This document shows positions 29,559 to 38,140 of a stretch of 64,000 nt of DNA, piece after piece. The position numbers and the translations under genes were made by a program. Source of the DNA: an uncultured Bacillota bacterium (GTDB lineage Bacteria > Sysuimicrobiota > Sysuimicrobiia > Sysuimicrobiales > Segetimicrobiaceae); assembly GCA_963804645.1 (NCBI GenBank), contig CAWDRG010000002.1:138330-202329 (forward strand). Direction: 5' to 3'. Each line of letters begins with the position of its first letter. Positions within the stretch are counted from its first letter, which is position 1. Below the pieces are notes generated by a model. That model saw nothing but the letters and a program-made list of their open reading frames with translations. It did not search any database and had not been told where the DNA came from.

Positions 29559-32500
29559 ATGCAGTGCCCCGCCTGCGGTTTCGAAAGCCCCCCGGGCATG
29601 CGCTTCTGCGGTCAGTGCGGAGCGATGCTCGCTCCGCCCGCGCCGTCCGCCGAAGAACGCAAGCTGGTGACCGTCCTGTTTGCCGACGTGGTCGGGTCCA
29701 CCGCGCGCTCGGGCGCGGTCGATCCAGAGCAGGTGCGGCGGCAGATGTCGCGCTTCTTCGAAATCGCCAATGAGGAGATCCGCCGGTACGGCGGGACCGT
29801 GGAGAAATTCATCGGGGACGCGGTCATGGCCGTCTTCGGGCTCCCCCTGATCCACGAGGACGATCCCGAGCGGGCGGTACGCACCGCGGCGGCACTCAAA
29901 TCGCGGGTGGCCGCCGAGGTCGAGGCCGCGACGCTCCCCGAGATTCGGATCGGCATGAACACCGGGGAGGTCGTGGCCGATCCGCAGGCGACCGACAAGG
30001 GTGAGTTCCTGGTGACCGGTGAGGTGGTGAACCTTGCGGCCCGACTCCAGCAGCACGCCCAGCCGGGCCAGGTCCTCTTAGGCGAACGCACCGTGCGTGC
30101 GCTCGGCGACATCGCCTACGTGCGTCCGGTGACGCCGCTGACGGTGAAAGGCGCATCCGCTCCCCTCTTGGCCTGGGAACTGCTCGGGGTCGCCCCTCCG
30201 CGGGAACGCACGGTGCGAGCGACACCGTTTGTGGGTCGGGCCGAGGAACTCGACATGCTGCTGGGTCATGCCCGGCGGATACGGCGCGGGCGCCGGGGAT
30301 TCATGATCAGCATCCTGGGACCGGCCGGGGTGGGCAAAACGCGCCTGGTGAGGGAGTTGTGTGCCCGGATTGAGGGCGTCCGCGTCCTCCGCGGTCGGGC
30401 GCTGCCCTACGGGACCGGGGTGCCGTTCTGGGCGCTCGGGGAAGTGATCCGCGAGGAATCCGGCATTTTGATGGGAGACCCGCTGAGCCGCGCGCGCCGG
30501 AAGCTCCAGGACACGACCGACCGCCTGGGGATCCCGGACGCCGCCCCCGCGCTGCTGGCGGTCTTGGGGCTCGGTCCGGACGGACACGGATTGCCTCGGG
30601 ACGCGCTCTTTTCCGGCGTGCGCGCGTTCTTCCAGGCCGTGGCCCGAACTGGACCGCTCCTGATGATTGTCGAGGACGTGCACTCCGCCGAGGACGTCAC
30701 GTTAGACTTTTTCGAGCAGATGACGCTTTGGGTCCGCGAGACGCCGGTGCTGCTGCTGGTGCTCGCGCGGCCCGAGCTGCTCGAGCGGCGCCCGATGTGG
30801 GTGGTCGGCACGCGCACCTCCACGACGCTCTTTCTTGATCCCCTGCTTGGCGAGGAGAGCCGCGCGCTGGTGCAGGGGATCCTGGACGGCAAGCCGGCAC
30901 CCGGTCCGCTCGTGGAACGGCTGCTGGAGCGGTCGGAGGGCAACGTGCTCTTCGTGGAAGAGATGCTGCGGTCGCTGCTCGACCGCGGGGCCCTGACGAA
31001 AGAGGCCGATCGGTGGGTCCTCACGGTGCCGCTCGACGAGATGGCGATCCCCGATACCGTCCACGCGGTGATCGCGGCGCGCATCGATGCCCTGCCGGGG
31101 TCGGAGAAGCTCGTCCTGCAGACGGCGTCCGTCATGGGGCAGGTCTTCTGGCTCGGGGCCGTGCGTGTCATCGCCGGCGAGACCCAGGTGGACGATGCGC
31201 TCTGGGCGCTGGTCGTGAAGAACCTGTTGGTCCTCAATCAGCGGTCCGCCCTCGAAGGCGAGGACGAGTTCAGCTTCCGAAACATTCTGATCCGTGACGT
31301 CGCCTATGCGATGCAGCCCAAATCTGTGCGGTGGCCCAAACACCGACGCGCGGCGGAATGGATGCAGGAGATCGGCGGGGACCGCCAGGACGAACTGGCC
31401 GACGTGATCGCCTATCACTGGCTGCAGGTGATGGCGCTGCGCGAGGACTTGGGGCTGCCGCCCGAGGCGCGGGCACGCGAGCACGCGATCGCGAACCTGC
31501 TGCTGGCGGGAGACCGGGCGGCGGCGCTGTACGCGAATACGACGGCGCTCGACCACTTTACGCGCGCGCTGGAGCTGGAGCCCCCGCCCACCGCGCGCCT
31601 GCGGGTCCTGCTCGGCCGCGGGGAGGTCCGGATGCTGCTCGGACAGCACGAGCCGGCGCGCGACGACTTTGCCGCGGTGCGCGCCCTCGCGCGGGAGGCG
31701 GACGCGCCGCGGTGGGAAGCGATCGCGCTCGATCGCCTGGGCTACTCGTACGGGCGGCAGGACCAGATCACCCAAGCGCTGGAGCACCTCGAGCCGGCCC
31801 TGACGCTGAGCCGCGCGGTGAACGATCCGTCCCTCACCGGGCGCGTGCTCAACCATATGGGGTTTGCGTACTTCCACCAGTCCAAGCACGGCGAAGCGTT
31901 CACCATGCACGAAGAGGCCCGCCGGCTCCTCGACGCATGCGGAGACACGGCCGGCCTCGCCGAGAGCCTGCACGGATTGGGGGACACCTGCGGCTTCTTG
32001 GGCCGGTTCCAGGAAGCGATCGAGTGGTACCAGCAGGCGGTCGACGTGAGCGAGCGGATCGGGCAACGCTCGCTCGCCGGCGAGAGCCGGTACATGATCG
32101 CCTGGCTTCGCAAGAAGCAGGGCGCCTACGCGGACGCCCAGGCGGAGGCCCAGCGCAGCGTCGCCGAGCTGACGGAGATCGGCGACGTGTGGAACACGTC
32201 CTTCGCGCTCACGCGCCTCGCGGAGATCGCGAATACCCTGGGCCAGTTTGGCGACGCGCTGAAGCTCACCGCGCAGTCGCTGGGCCTCGCGCGGGAGATC
32301 GACGCCGGCCGGCAGGCGGTGTCCAGCCTGCTGGAGAGCGGCACGACACGTCGCGAGCTGGAAGACCACCGGGGGGCCTGGGCGGCCGATCGCGAGGCGA
32401 TTGAACTCGCGCACGCGGGTGAAGTCGCCGCGTATTGGATGCCGCTCGTCCTATCCTCGCTGGCCCTGGACAGCGCGGGGCTCGGCCGAGCGAGCGCGGC

Positions 32501-32993
32501 GCGGTCGTACATCGAGTACGCTCGGCGCGCCCTCGCCGAAGGGCCGAACCGCGCGGACTATCGACAGCAAGTGACCTATGCGCAGGGACGGGTGCAGTTG
32601 ACACTGGAGCAACCCGCCGACGCGCGAGCCACAGCGGACCAGCTCCTGGCCATGGCGGTGACCACCGAGACGTTGCACTGGCGCGTGCCCGCGATGCTGC
32701 TCGCGGCCGACGCGACCGCCGCGCTCGGGGACCCGTCGGCCGCGCGGGTCACGTACGAGTTGACGGCCGCAGACGCGGAGCGCCTGGGCCTCGCGCCGGC
32801 CCTCTGGCGGGCGCTCGCCGGGCTGGCCGAGGTGCAGCGGGCGTTGGGGCAGGCGCAGGCGTCAGTCGGGAGCGCGACGCGGGCCCGAGAGATCATCGAT
32901 CGCCTGGCCGCGACCGTGGCCGATCCTGAGCTGCGCGCAACGTTCCTGCACTCGGCGAAGGTCCAGCGGGTCACGGCGCTCGCGGGCGCCTGA
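29559..32993 (+). CDS. Zinc-ribbon / class III nucleotidyl (adenylyl/guanylyl) cyclase / P-loop STAND NTPase / TPR multidomain protein
   Basis: N-terminal CPACGF...RFCGQCG zinc ribbon. CHD cyclase core (KLVTVLFADVVGST...KFIGDAVMAVFG...RIGMNTGEVV). Walker A ILGPAGVGKTRL and NB-ARC-like region. About 500 aa of TPR-like helical repeats follow. No HTH output. An alternative GTG start at 29523 adds 12 aa. Confidence 0.85.
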   Translation: MQCPACGFESPPGMRFCGQCGAMLAPPAPSAEERKLVTVLFADVVGSTARSGAVDPEQVRRQMSRFFEIANEEIRRYGGTVEKFIGDAVMAVFGLPLIHEDDPERAVRTAAALKSRVAAEVEAATLPEIRIGMNTGEVVADPQATDKGEFLVTGEVVNLAARLQQHAQPGQVLLGERTVRALGDIAYVRPVTPLTVKGASAPLLAWELLGVAPPRERTVRATPFVGRAEELDMLLGHARRIRRGRRGFMISILGPAGVGKTRLVRELCARIEGVRVLRGRALPYGTGVPFWALGEVIREESGILMGDPLSRARRKLQDTTDRLGIPDAAPALLAVLGLGPDGHGLPRDALFSGVRAFFQAVARTGPLLMIVEDVHSAEDVTLDFFEQMTLWVRETPVLLLVLARPELLERRPMWVVGTRTSTTLFLDPLLGEESRALVQGILDGKPAPGPLVERLLERSEGNVLFVEEMLRSLLDRGALTKEADRWVLTVPLDEMAIPDTVHAVIAARIDALPGSEKLVLQTASVMGQVFWLGAVRVIAGETQVDDALWALVVKNLLVLNQRSALEGEDEFSFRNILIRDVAYAMQPKSVRWPKHRRAAEWMQEIGGDRQDELADVIAYHWLQVMALREDLGLPPEARAREHAIANLLLAGDRAAALYANTTALDHFTRALELEPPPTARLRVLLGRGEVRMLLGQHEPARDDFAAVRALAREADAPRWEAIALDRLGYSYGRQDQITQALEHLEPALTLSRAVNDPSLTGRVLNHMGFAYFHQSKHGEAFTMHEEARRLLDACGDTAGLAESLHGLGDTCGFLGRFQEAIEWYQQAVDVSERIGQRSLAGESRYMIAWLRKKQGAYADAQAEAQRSVAELTEIGDVWNTSFALTRLAEIANTLGQFGDALKLTAQSLGLAREIDAGRQAVSSLLESGTTRRELEDHRGAWAADREAIELAHAGEVAAYWMPLVLSSLALDSAGLGRASAARSYIEYARRALAEGPNRADYRQQVTYAQGRVQLTLEQPADARATADQLLAMAVTTETLHWRVPAMLLAADATAALGDPSAARVTYELTAADAERLGLAPALWRALAGLAEVQRALGQAQASVGSATRAREIIDRLAATVADPELRATFLHSAKVQRVTALAGA

Positions 32994-33178
32994 GCGAGTC
33001 GCCCCGCGCGCAGCGTCACGGCGTCCTGCTCGGCATGGCGGGACGCGGTTCCAGGGTGGCCGCGACACTCCGGGCCACGCGCACGCGACGGTGCGTCCAC
33101 CTCGGGTCCCGGGTTCGCGTGCGACCGAGAGTGTATAATACGGTCCATCAGCCCCAACCCAGTGGTGGAGGCGACCTC

Positions 33179-33607
33179 ATGGTGTTCGGCCCGTCGAGCA
33201 AGGTGCAGATGCTCGAAAAAGTGCCGCTGTTCAGCGGTCTCTCGCGAAAACAGCTCCAGCAGGTCGCCCGGGTCGTCGACGAAGTCGACGTCCCGGCGGG
33301 CAGGCGATTGGCAACCGCCGGCGAGAGCGGTGACGAGCTGTTCGTGATCGTGGAAGGGACCGCCACGGTGCGGACGCCGCGGGGGCGCGCGGTGCGCCTC
33401 GGCCCCGGAGAGTTTTTCGGCGAGATGAGCCTCGTCGACGGTGGTCCCCGATCGGCCGACGTCGACGCGGGCACCGCAATGCGGCTCCTCGTGGTCGACC
33501 GACGCGCCTTCTGGGGGCTGCTGGCCGCGGCGCCCCCGCTCGTTCCCAAAATCATGAGCACGCTGTCGCGCCGACTGCGCGACGCGCAGGGTTCGATCTC
33601 GTCCTGA
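33179..33607 (+). CDS. Stand-alone cyclic-nucleotide-binding domain protein (paralog of 28985-29455)
   Basis: FFGEMSLVDGGPRSADV cassette. Alignable along its full length with the upstream CNB protein. GGTGGAGG Shine-Dalgarno 7 nt before the ATG at 33179. Confidence 0.8.
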   Translation: MVFGPSSKVQMLEKVPLFSGLSRKQLQQVARVVDEVDVPAGRRLATAGESGDELFVIVEGTATVRTPRGRAVRLGPGEFFGEMSLVDGGPRSADVDAGTAMRLLVVDRRAFWGLLAAAPPLVPKIMSTLSRRLRDAQGSISS

Positions 33608-33664
33608 TGCCGGAGTCACGGCGCACGACCCGACCGGCCGACGCCGGCCGGTCGCGAGGAGGGT

Positions 33665-33949
33665 GTGGTGAACGCGGTGTGGCGCGGTCAGGTGATTGCG
33701 GCGAGCGATCGAACGCTCGAGGTCGGCGGCTACCGGTACTTCCCGCGCGAGGACGTCCGCATGGACCTGCTGCGGCCGACCCCGAAGACCCAGCGTGATC
33801 TCGCCTGCCCGCACGGGGTGCAGTTCTTCGACGTCGTCGAGGGCACGGCGCGCAGCCCACGGGCTGCATGGTCGTACGAAGCGCCCCGTCCGTCGATGAC
33901 GCAGGTCGATCGGTGGATCGGCTTCTGGGAGGACGTGCAGTTCGAATGA
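33665..33949 (+). CDS. DUF427 domain protein
   Basis: 94 aa. GGYRYFPREDV...CPHGVQFFDV...AWSYEAP matches the conserved DUF427 blocks. Confidence 0.75.
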   Translation: MVNAVWRGQVIAASDRTLEVGGYRYFPREDVRMDLLRPTPKTQRDLACPHGVQFFDVVEGTARSPRAAWSYEAPRPSMTQVDRWIGFWEDVQFE

Positions 33950-34117
33950 AGGCGTCCCGCGGCGCGGCGCGCGTCCGACTCGTCGCACGACCCCGCGTGT
34001 AACCGCGTGCGGGCGGCCTGCGGGGCTCGGATGGCCCGCACGGAGCTCGCGCCGGCGTCCCGCAGGCCGCCCGCGGCGCCGGCCGCGTGTGGGTCCCGAC
34101 GATAACGTACATCCGAC

Positions 34118-35053
34118 GTGATGCCGATGGAGATGCTCCTCGAGGTGCACGACCTCGTCAAGGTATTCGGACGCGCCCGGGCCGTGGACGGCGTGTCGTT
34201 CACCATTCCGAAAGGCCGCATCGTGGGCCTCCTCGGGCCGAACGGCGCCGGGAAGACCACCACGATCCACATGCTGCTCGGCCTCATCACGCCGACGGCG
34301 GGGCGCATCGTGTACTTCGGGCGGGAGTTTCCCCGACACCGATCCGCGTGCCTTCAGCGGATCAACTTTGCGTCCTCGTTCAACACGCTCCAGGGCCGGA
34401 TCTCCGTGTGGGAAAACCTCGCGGTGTTCGCCCGGCTGTACGGACTCCGCGCGCCGCGCGCGAAGATCGAGTCGCTGGCCGCGTACTTCGGGGTGACCGC
34501 GCTGCTGCATGCGCGGTATTGGGACCTCTCGGCGGGTGAGCGCACCCGCGTCAACCTCATCAAGGCGCTGCTGAACGACCCCGAGCTCATTCTGATGGAC
34601 GAGCCGACGGCGGCGCTCGATCCGGACATCGCCGACAAGACGCTCGCGCTGATCGAGGAGATCCGCCGCGTGTCCGGGGTCTCGATTCTGTACACCAGCC
34701 ACGACATGCACGAGGTCACCCGGATCTGCGACGACGTCATCTTTCTCGACCGCGGCCGGATCTTCGCCCACGACACGCCGCTCGGGCTGACGAAGCGCAT
34801 TCGCACGGCGACGCTCGCGCTCACGTTCGACGGCGACCGGGCCGTCGTCGAACGCTTCCTCACCGAGCGCGGGGCGCGGTTCCGGTTCACGCACCCGTTC
34901 TCGGTGTCGATCGAGACGACCGAGCAGGCGCTCCCGAGTCTCATTTTTGACGTCGCCACGACCGGCGTGTGGATCACCGACGTCGACGTCAAGAAGCCCA
35001 CCCTGGAGGACGTGTTTCTCACGATCGCGCGGGGGCCGCGCCGTGTCGACTGA
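34118..35053 (+). CDS. ABC transporter ATP-binding protein (ABC-2/DrrA-like)
   Basis: Walker [10 protein letters not shown], signature LSAGERTRV, Walker B ILMDEPTAALD. Confidence 0.85.
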   Translation: MMPMEMLLEVHDLVKVFGRARAVDGVSFTIPKGRIVGLLGPNGAGKTTTIHMLLGLITPTAGRIVYFGREFPRHRSACLQRINFASSFNTLQGRISVWENLAVFARLYGLRAPRAKIESLAAYFGVTALLHARYWDLSAGERTRVNLIKALLNDPELILMDEPTAALDPDIADKTLALIEEIRRVSGVSILYTSHDMHEVTRICDDVIFLDRGRIFAHDTPLGLTKRIRTATLALTFDGDRAVVERFLTERGARFRFTHPFSVSIETTEQALPSLIFDVATTGVWITDVDVKKPTLEDVFLTIARGPRRVD

Positions 35054-35831
35054 CCGAATCGCCGGGGTGCTGCTGCAGGAGGTCTACATCACGCGGCGGT
35101 CGCTCGAAGTGATCGTGGACCTATTCTACACGTCCGCGGTCACCGTCGTGGTTTTCGGCTTCGTCTCGCGGTTCCTCGTCGGCGTCACGCATCAGAACGC
35201 GGGCTCGTACCTGATCCTGGGCCTGCTCCTGTGGGAGGTCATCCGCGTCAATCAATACTCCCTGACCGTCGGCAGCCTGTGGAACATCTGGTCGCACAAC
35301 CTGAGCAACATGTTTGTGGCGCCGCTCACCGTCACCGAATACATCGTGGCCCACCTGCTGTCGGCGCTCCTCAAGACGTTCGTGATCTTCTGCGGGATCT
35401 CGGCCGTCGCGGCCTGGGGATTTCACTTCGACATCTTGCGGCTGGGCGTCCTCAACGTGGCCCTGTTCTTCGCGAACCTGACCGTGTTCGCGTGGTCGGT
35501 CGGGCTCGTGCTGCTGGGCGTGATCTTCCAGGTGGGCACTCGCATCCAGGCGCTGGCGTGGGGCATGATCTTCCTGTTCCAGCCGCTGACCGCGGCGTTT
35601 TTCCCGGTCACGGCGCTGCCGCCGGTGGTCCGCGCGGTCGCCTATGCCCTGCCCCCGACGTACGTGTTCGAGGCCGCGCGGCGCGCGCTCGACGTGCCCG
35701 GGGTGAACTGGACGTCGATCGGCATCGCGAGCGCCGAGAATCTCGTCTACCTGGTCGCGGCCGTCGGGACGTTTTCGTGGATGGTGGCCCGGTCGCGCAG
35801 CAGCGGCCGGCTCGCCCGCGCCGAGGGCTGA
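35043..35831 (+). CDS. ABC-2 family transporter permease
   Basis: Six TM helices and a hydrophobic composition typical of the ABC-2 type. GTG at 35043 overlaps the ATPase stop by 11 nt. The track ATG at 34947 would overlap by about 100 nt. Confidence 0.7.
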   Translation: MSTDRIAGVLLQEVYITRRSLEVIVDLFYTSAVTVVVFGFVSRFLVGVTHQNAGSYLILGLLLWEVIRVNQYSLTVGSLWNIWSHNLSNMFVAPLTVTEYIVAHLLSALLKTFVIFCGISAVAAWGFHFDILRLGVLNVALFFANLTVFAWSVGLVLLGVIFQVGTRIQALAWGMIFLFQPLTAAFFPVTALPPVVRAVAYALPPTYVFEAARRALDVPGVNWTSIGIASAENLVYLVAAVGTFSWMVARSRSSGRLARAEG

Positions 35832-35841
35832 CGGCGCCCGG

Positions 35842-36849
35842 TTAGTCCGGCGCCTCCTCGAGGACTCGCCAGAGCTCGTCGCGGGCGGCCGGGACGAGCG
35901 GGGACGTCCGTCCGGCGTGCTGGACCACCGGGGGCGCGCCCGCGCCGAGGAACTCGCCGATCTCCGCGACCGGCGCCCCGGTCGCGCGCACCGCCTCGGC
36001 GGTGCGCGCCGGGTCCGGCGTGGCGATCAGCAGCGCCCCGCTGCCGATCAGCGCGAGCGGATTCGCGCCCAGCACCCGGCAGATCGCCGCGGTCTCGTCC
36101 GGGACGGGGATGCGGTCCGCGTCCACGCGGACCCCCACGCCCGAGGCGGTCGCGATCTCGTGCGCGGCGGTCAGGACGCCCCCCTCGGTCACGTCGTGCA
36201 TCGCACGGGCCCCCGCCCCGGCCGCGGCGCGTCCCTCCGGGAGCACGCTCAGGCGATCCCGGAACGCCTGCGCGCGGGCGAGCAGCGCATCCCCCAGCGC
36301 CGGCCGCAGCCGTGCCGCGAGGTCGGTGGCGAGGATCGCGGTGCCCTCGATGCCGGCGCCCTTCGTCACGAGCAGCCGGTCTCCCGGTTGGGCCCCGCCG
36401 CTGCGCACCAGACGCGCGCGCGGCGCCCGCCCAACCGCGGTCATCACCACGATGGTCCGGTCGATTCCCCGGGTAACCTCGCTGTGTCCGCCGACGATCT
36501 CCACGCCGATCGACGACGCCGCGGCGCCGGCATCGTGCATCACGCGGGCCATGTCGCCGCCGGGATCGTCTTCGCTGAGCAGCAGCGTCAGCATAAGCGC
36601 GACCGGTTCCGCGCCCGCGGCCGCGAGGTCGTTCGTCGCGACGAACACCGCGTACCAGCCAGCGTGATGCCCGGCGCCCGTGATGGGGTCGGTCGTCAGC
36701 ACCGCCGCCTCGTCGCCGAACGCGATCGCCGCGCAGTCCTCTCCCACGGCGGCGTGAACCAGCACGTCCGGCCGGCGCGTGCCGAGGTGCGCGTACGCGA
36801 GCGTGCGCAGGAGCTCGGGCGGCACCTTGCCGACGGGCAGCCGCGTCAC
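35842..36849 (-). CDS. AIR synthase-related (PurM-like) protein
   Basis: PurM N- and C-domain motifs (VLVHAAVGEDCAAIAF, GVEIVGGHSEV, DVTEGGVLTAAHE). Same fold family as HypE/ThiL/SelD. Confidence 0.75.
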   Translation of the reverse strand: MTRLPVGKVPPELLRTLAYAHLGTRRPDVLVHAAVGEDCAAIAFGDEAAVLTTDPITGAGHHAGWYAVFVATNDLAAAGAEPVALMLTLLLSEDDPGGDMARVMHDAGAAASSIGVEIVGGHSEVTRGIDRTIVVMTAVGRAPRARLVRSGGAQPGDRLLVTKGAGIEGTAILATDLAARLRPALGDALLARAQAFRDRLSVLPEGRAAAGAGARAMHDVTEGGVLTAAHEIATASGVGVRVDADRIPVPDETAAICRVLGANPLALIGSGALLIATPDPARTAEAVRATGAPVAEIGEFLGAGAPPVVQHAGRTSPLVPAARDELWRVLEEAPD

Positions 36850-36914
36850 GACGGATCCCCGGGGCGGGGCGCCGAGTAGGAGTTCGCGGGACCGTGGAGA
36901 ATCACGACGGCGGG

Positions 36915-37151
36915 ATGCCCGAAACCGCGTTTCTGCTGATCAAGATCGATCACAACACGCCGGCCGAAGTCACCCGATTGCTGCGCGCATTGCCCGGCAT
37001 CGATGAGGCGCACGCGATCATGGGGGAGTTCGACGTGCTCGCCGTGGTCCGCACGAACGCGACGCGCGAAGTCACCGCGCTGGTCGACGCGCACGTCCGC
37101 ACGATCCACGGGGTCTCGCGGGTCGTGACCTGCATCACGGTGCCGGTGTAG
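36915..37151 (+). CDS. Lrp/AsnC ligand-binding-domain (RAM) only protein
   Basis: About 78 aa, betaalphabetabetaalphabeta-like (FLLIKIDHN...AHAIMGEFDVLAVVRT). No HTH. Confidence 0.55.
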   Translation: MPETAFLLIKIDHNTPAEVTRLLRALPGIDEAHAIMGEFDVLAVVRTNATREVTALVDAHVRTIHGVSRVVTCITVPV

Positions 37152-37200
37152 GCGCGGCCCGGCCCACCCGCCCGAGCCGCCGCGGGGGCTCCGCGGCCGG

Positions 37201-38130
37201 CTAGACGGCAACGCGGGGCGTGATCATCGTCATGCGCCCCAGGATCTGCTGGGCGACCTCGAGGGCGCGGAGTCCGTGCTCGCCGGGGACCAGCGGCCGC
37301 GCCTCGCCCCGCACGCAGTCCAGAAAGTGCGCGAGTTCCGCCCGGAGCGGCTCCTCGCCCTTGAGCAGCGTCTTCCGCTCGACGCCGCGGCGCACCACGG
37401 TCATCTGCTGGGTCAGATAGTTCAGGTGCACCAGCCCGTCGTGCAGCGTGATCTCGAGCTCGGCCGCTTTGACCGGCGAGACCCGGCTCGCCACGAAGCT
37501 CGCGAGACATCCGTTCTCCAGACTGAGATGCGCGACCGCGAGGTCCTCGTCGTCCCCGTGAATCGCCGCGCCGATCGCGCTGACGCGGGACACGGGCGAC
37601 CGCATGAGCGTGAGGATGATGTCGAGGTCGTGGATCATCAAGTCGAGCACGACGCCGACATCCATGACCCGCCGCGGATTCCAGGGACGCACGCGGCGGA
37701 CCTGCACGAACAGCGGCTCGGTCACGTATTCCCGCAGCGCCTGCACCGACGGCTTGAAGCGCTCGACGTGCCCCACGAGCAGCGTCACGCCCTGACGCGC
37801 CGCAATCTCGATCAGGTCGGCCGCCTGGTCCACCGTGGTCGTGATCGGCTTCTCCACGAGCAAGTGCACGCCGTGCTGCAGGAACTCACGCGCAACCTCG
37901 TAGTGCAGCGCCGTCGGGACCACGAGGCTGACCGCGTCCACCTTGCCGAACAACTCGCGGTAGTCCTGGTAGCCCGCGGTTTGGTAGCGCCGCGCAAACG
38001 CGCTCGTCTCCCGCGCGGCGGTGTCCACAACGCCCACGAGGTCGACGCCCGGCATGTGCTTGTAGATCCGCACGTGATGCTGCCCCCACTGACCGAGGCC
38101 CACCACGCCGACGCGGATGCGGGTGTTCAT
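37201..38130 (-). CDS. Gfo/Idh/MocA family NAD(P)-dependent sugar oxidoreductase
   Basis: N-terminal Rossmann fold IRVGVVGLGQWGQHH and EKP motif (LLVEKP). Its start is 11 nt downstream of the aminotransferase stop. Confidence 0.85.
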   Translation of the reverse strand: MNTRIRVGVVGLGQWGQHHVRIYKHMPGVDLVGVVDTAARETSAFARRYQTAGYQDYRELFGKVDAVSLVVPTALHYEVAREFLQHGVHLLVEKPITTTVDQAADLIEIAARQGVTLLVGHVERFKPSVQALREYVTEPLFVQVRRVRPWNPRRVMDVGVVLDLMIHDLDIILTLMRSPVSRVSAIGAAIHGDDEDLAVAHLSLENGCLASFVASRVSPVKAAELEITLHDGLVHLNYLTQQMTVVRRGVERKTLLKGEEPLRAELAHFLDCVRGEARPLVPGEHGLRALEVAQQILGRMTMITPRVAV

Positions 38131-38140
38131 CGGCCCCCCC

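Noticed and set aside
28985-33949. Calling the cyclase/CNB cluster a bona fide Pycsar or CBASS system
   Set aside because: The CNB proteins carry no TM, TIR, nuclease or other effector domain, and the cyclase is a class III CHD enzyme, not a CD-NTase. It is kept only as a hypothesis-level finding, not an annotation.
32576-34894. 772-aa minus-strand ORF spanning the cyclase 3' end, the second CNB gene, DUF427 and the ABC ATPase start
   Set aside because: Antisense to four well-supported plus-strand genes. Arg-rich composition with no domain signal.
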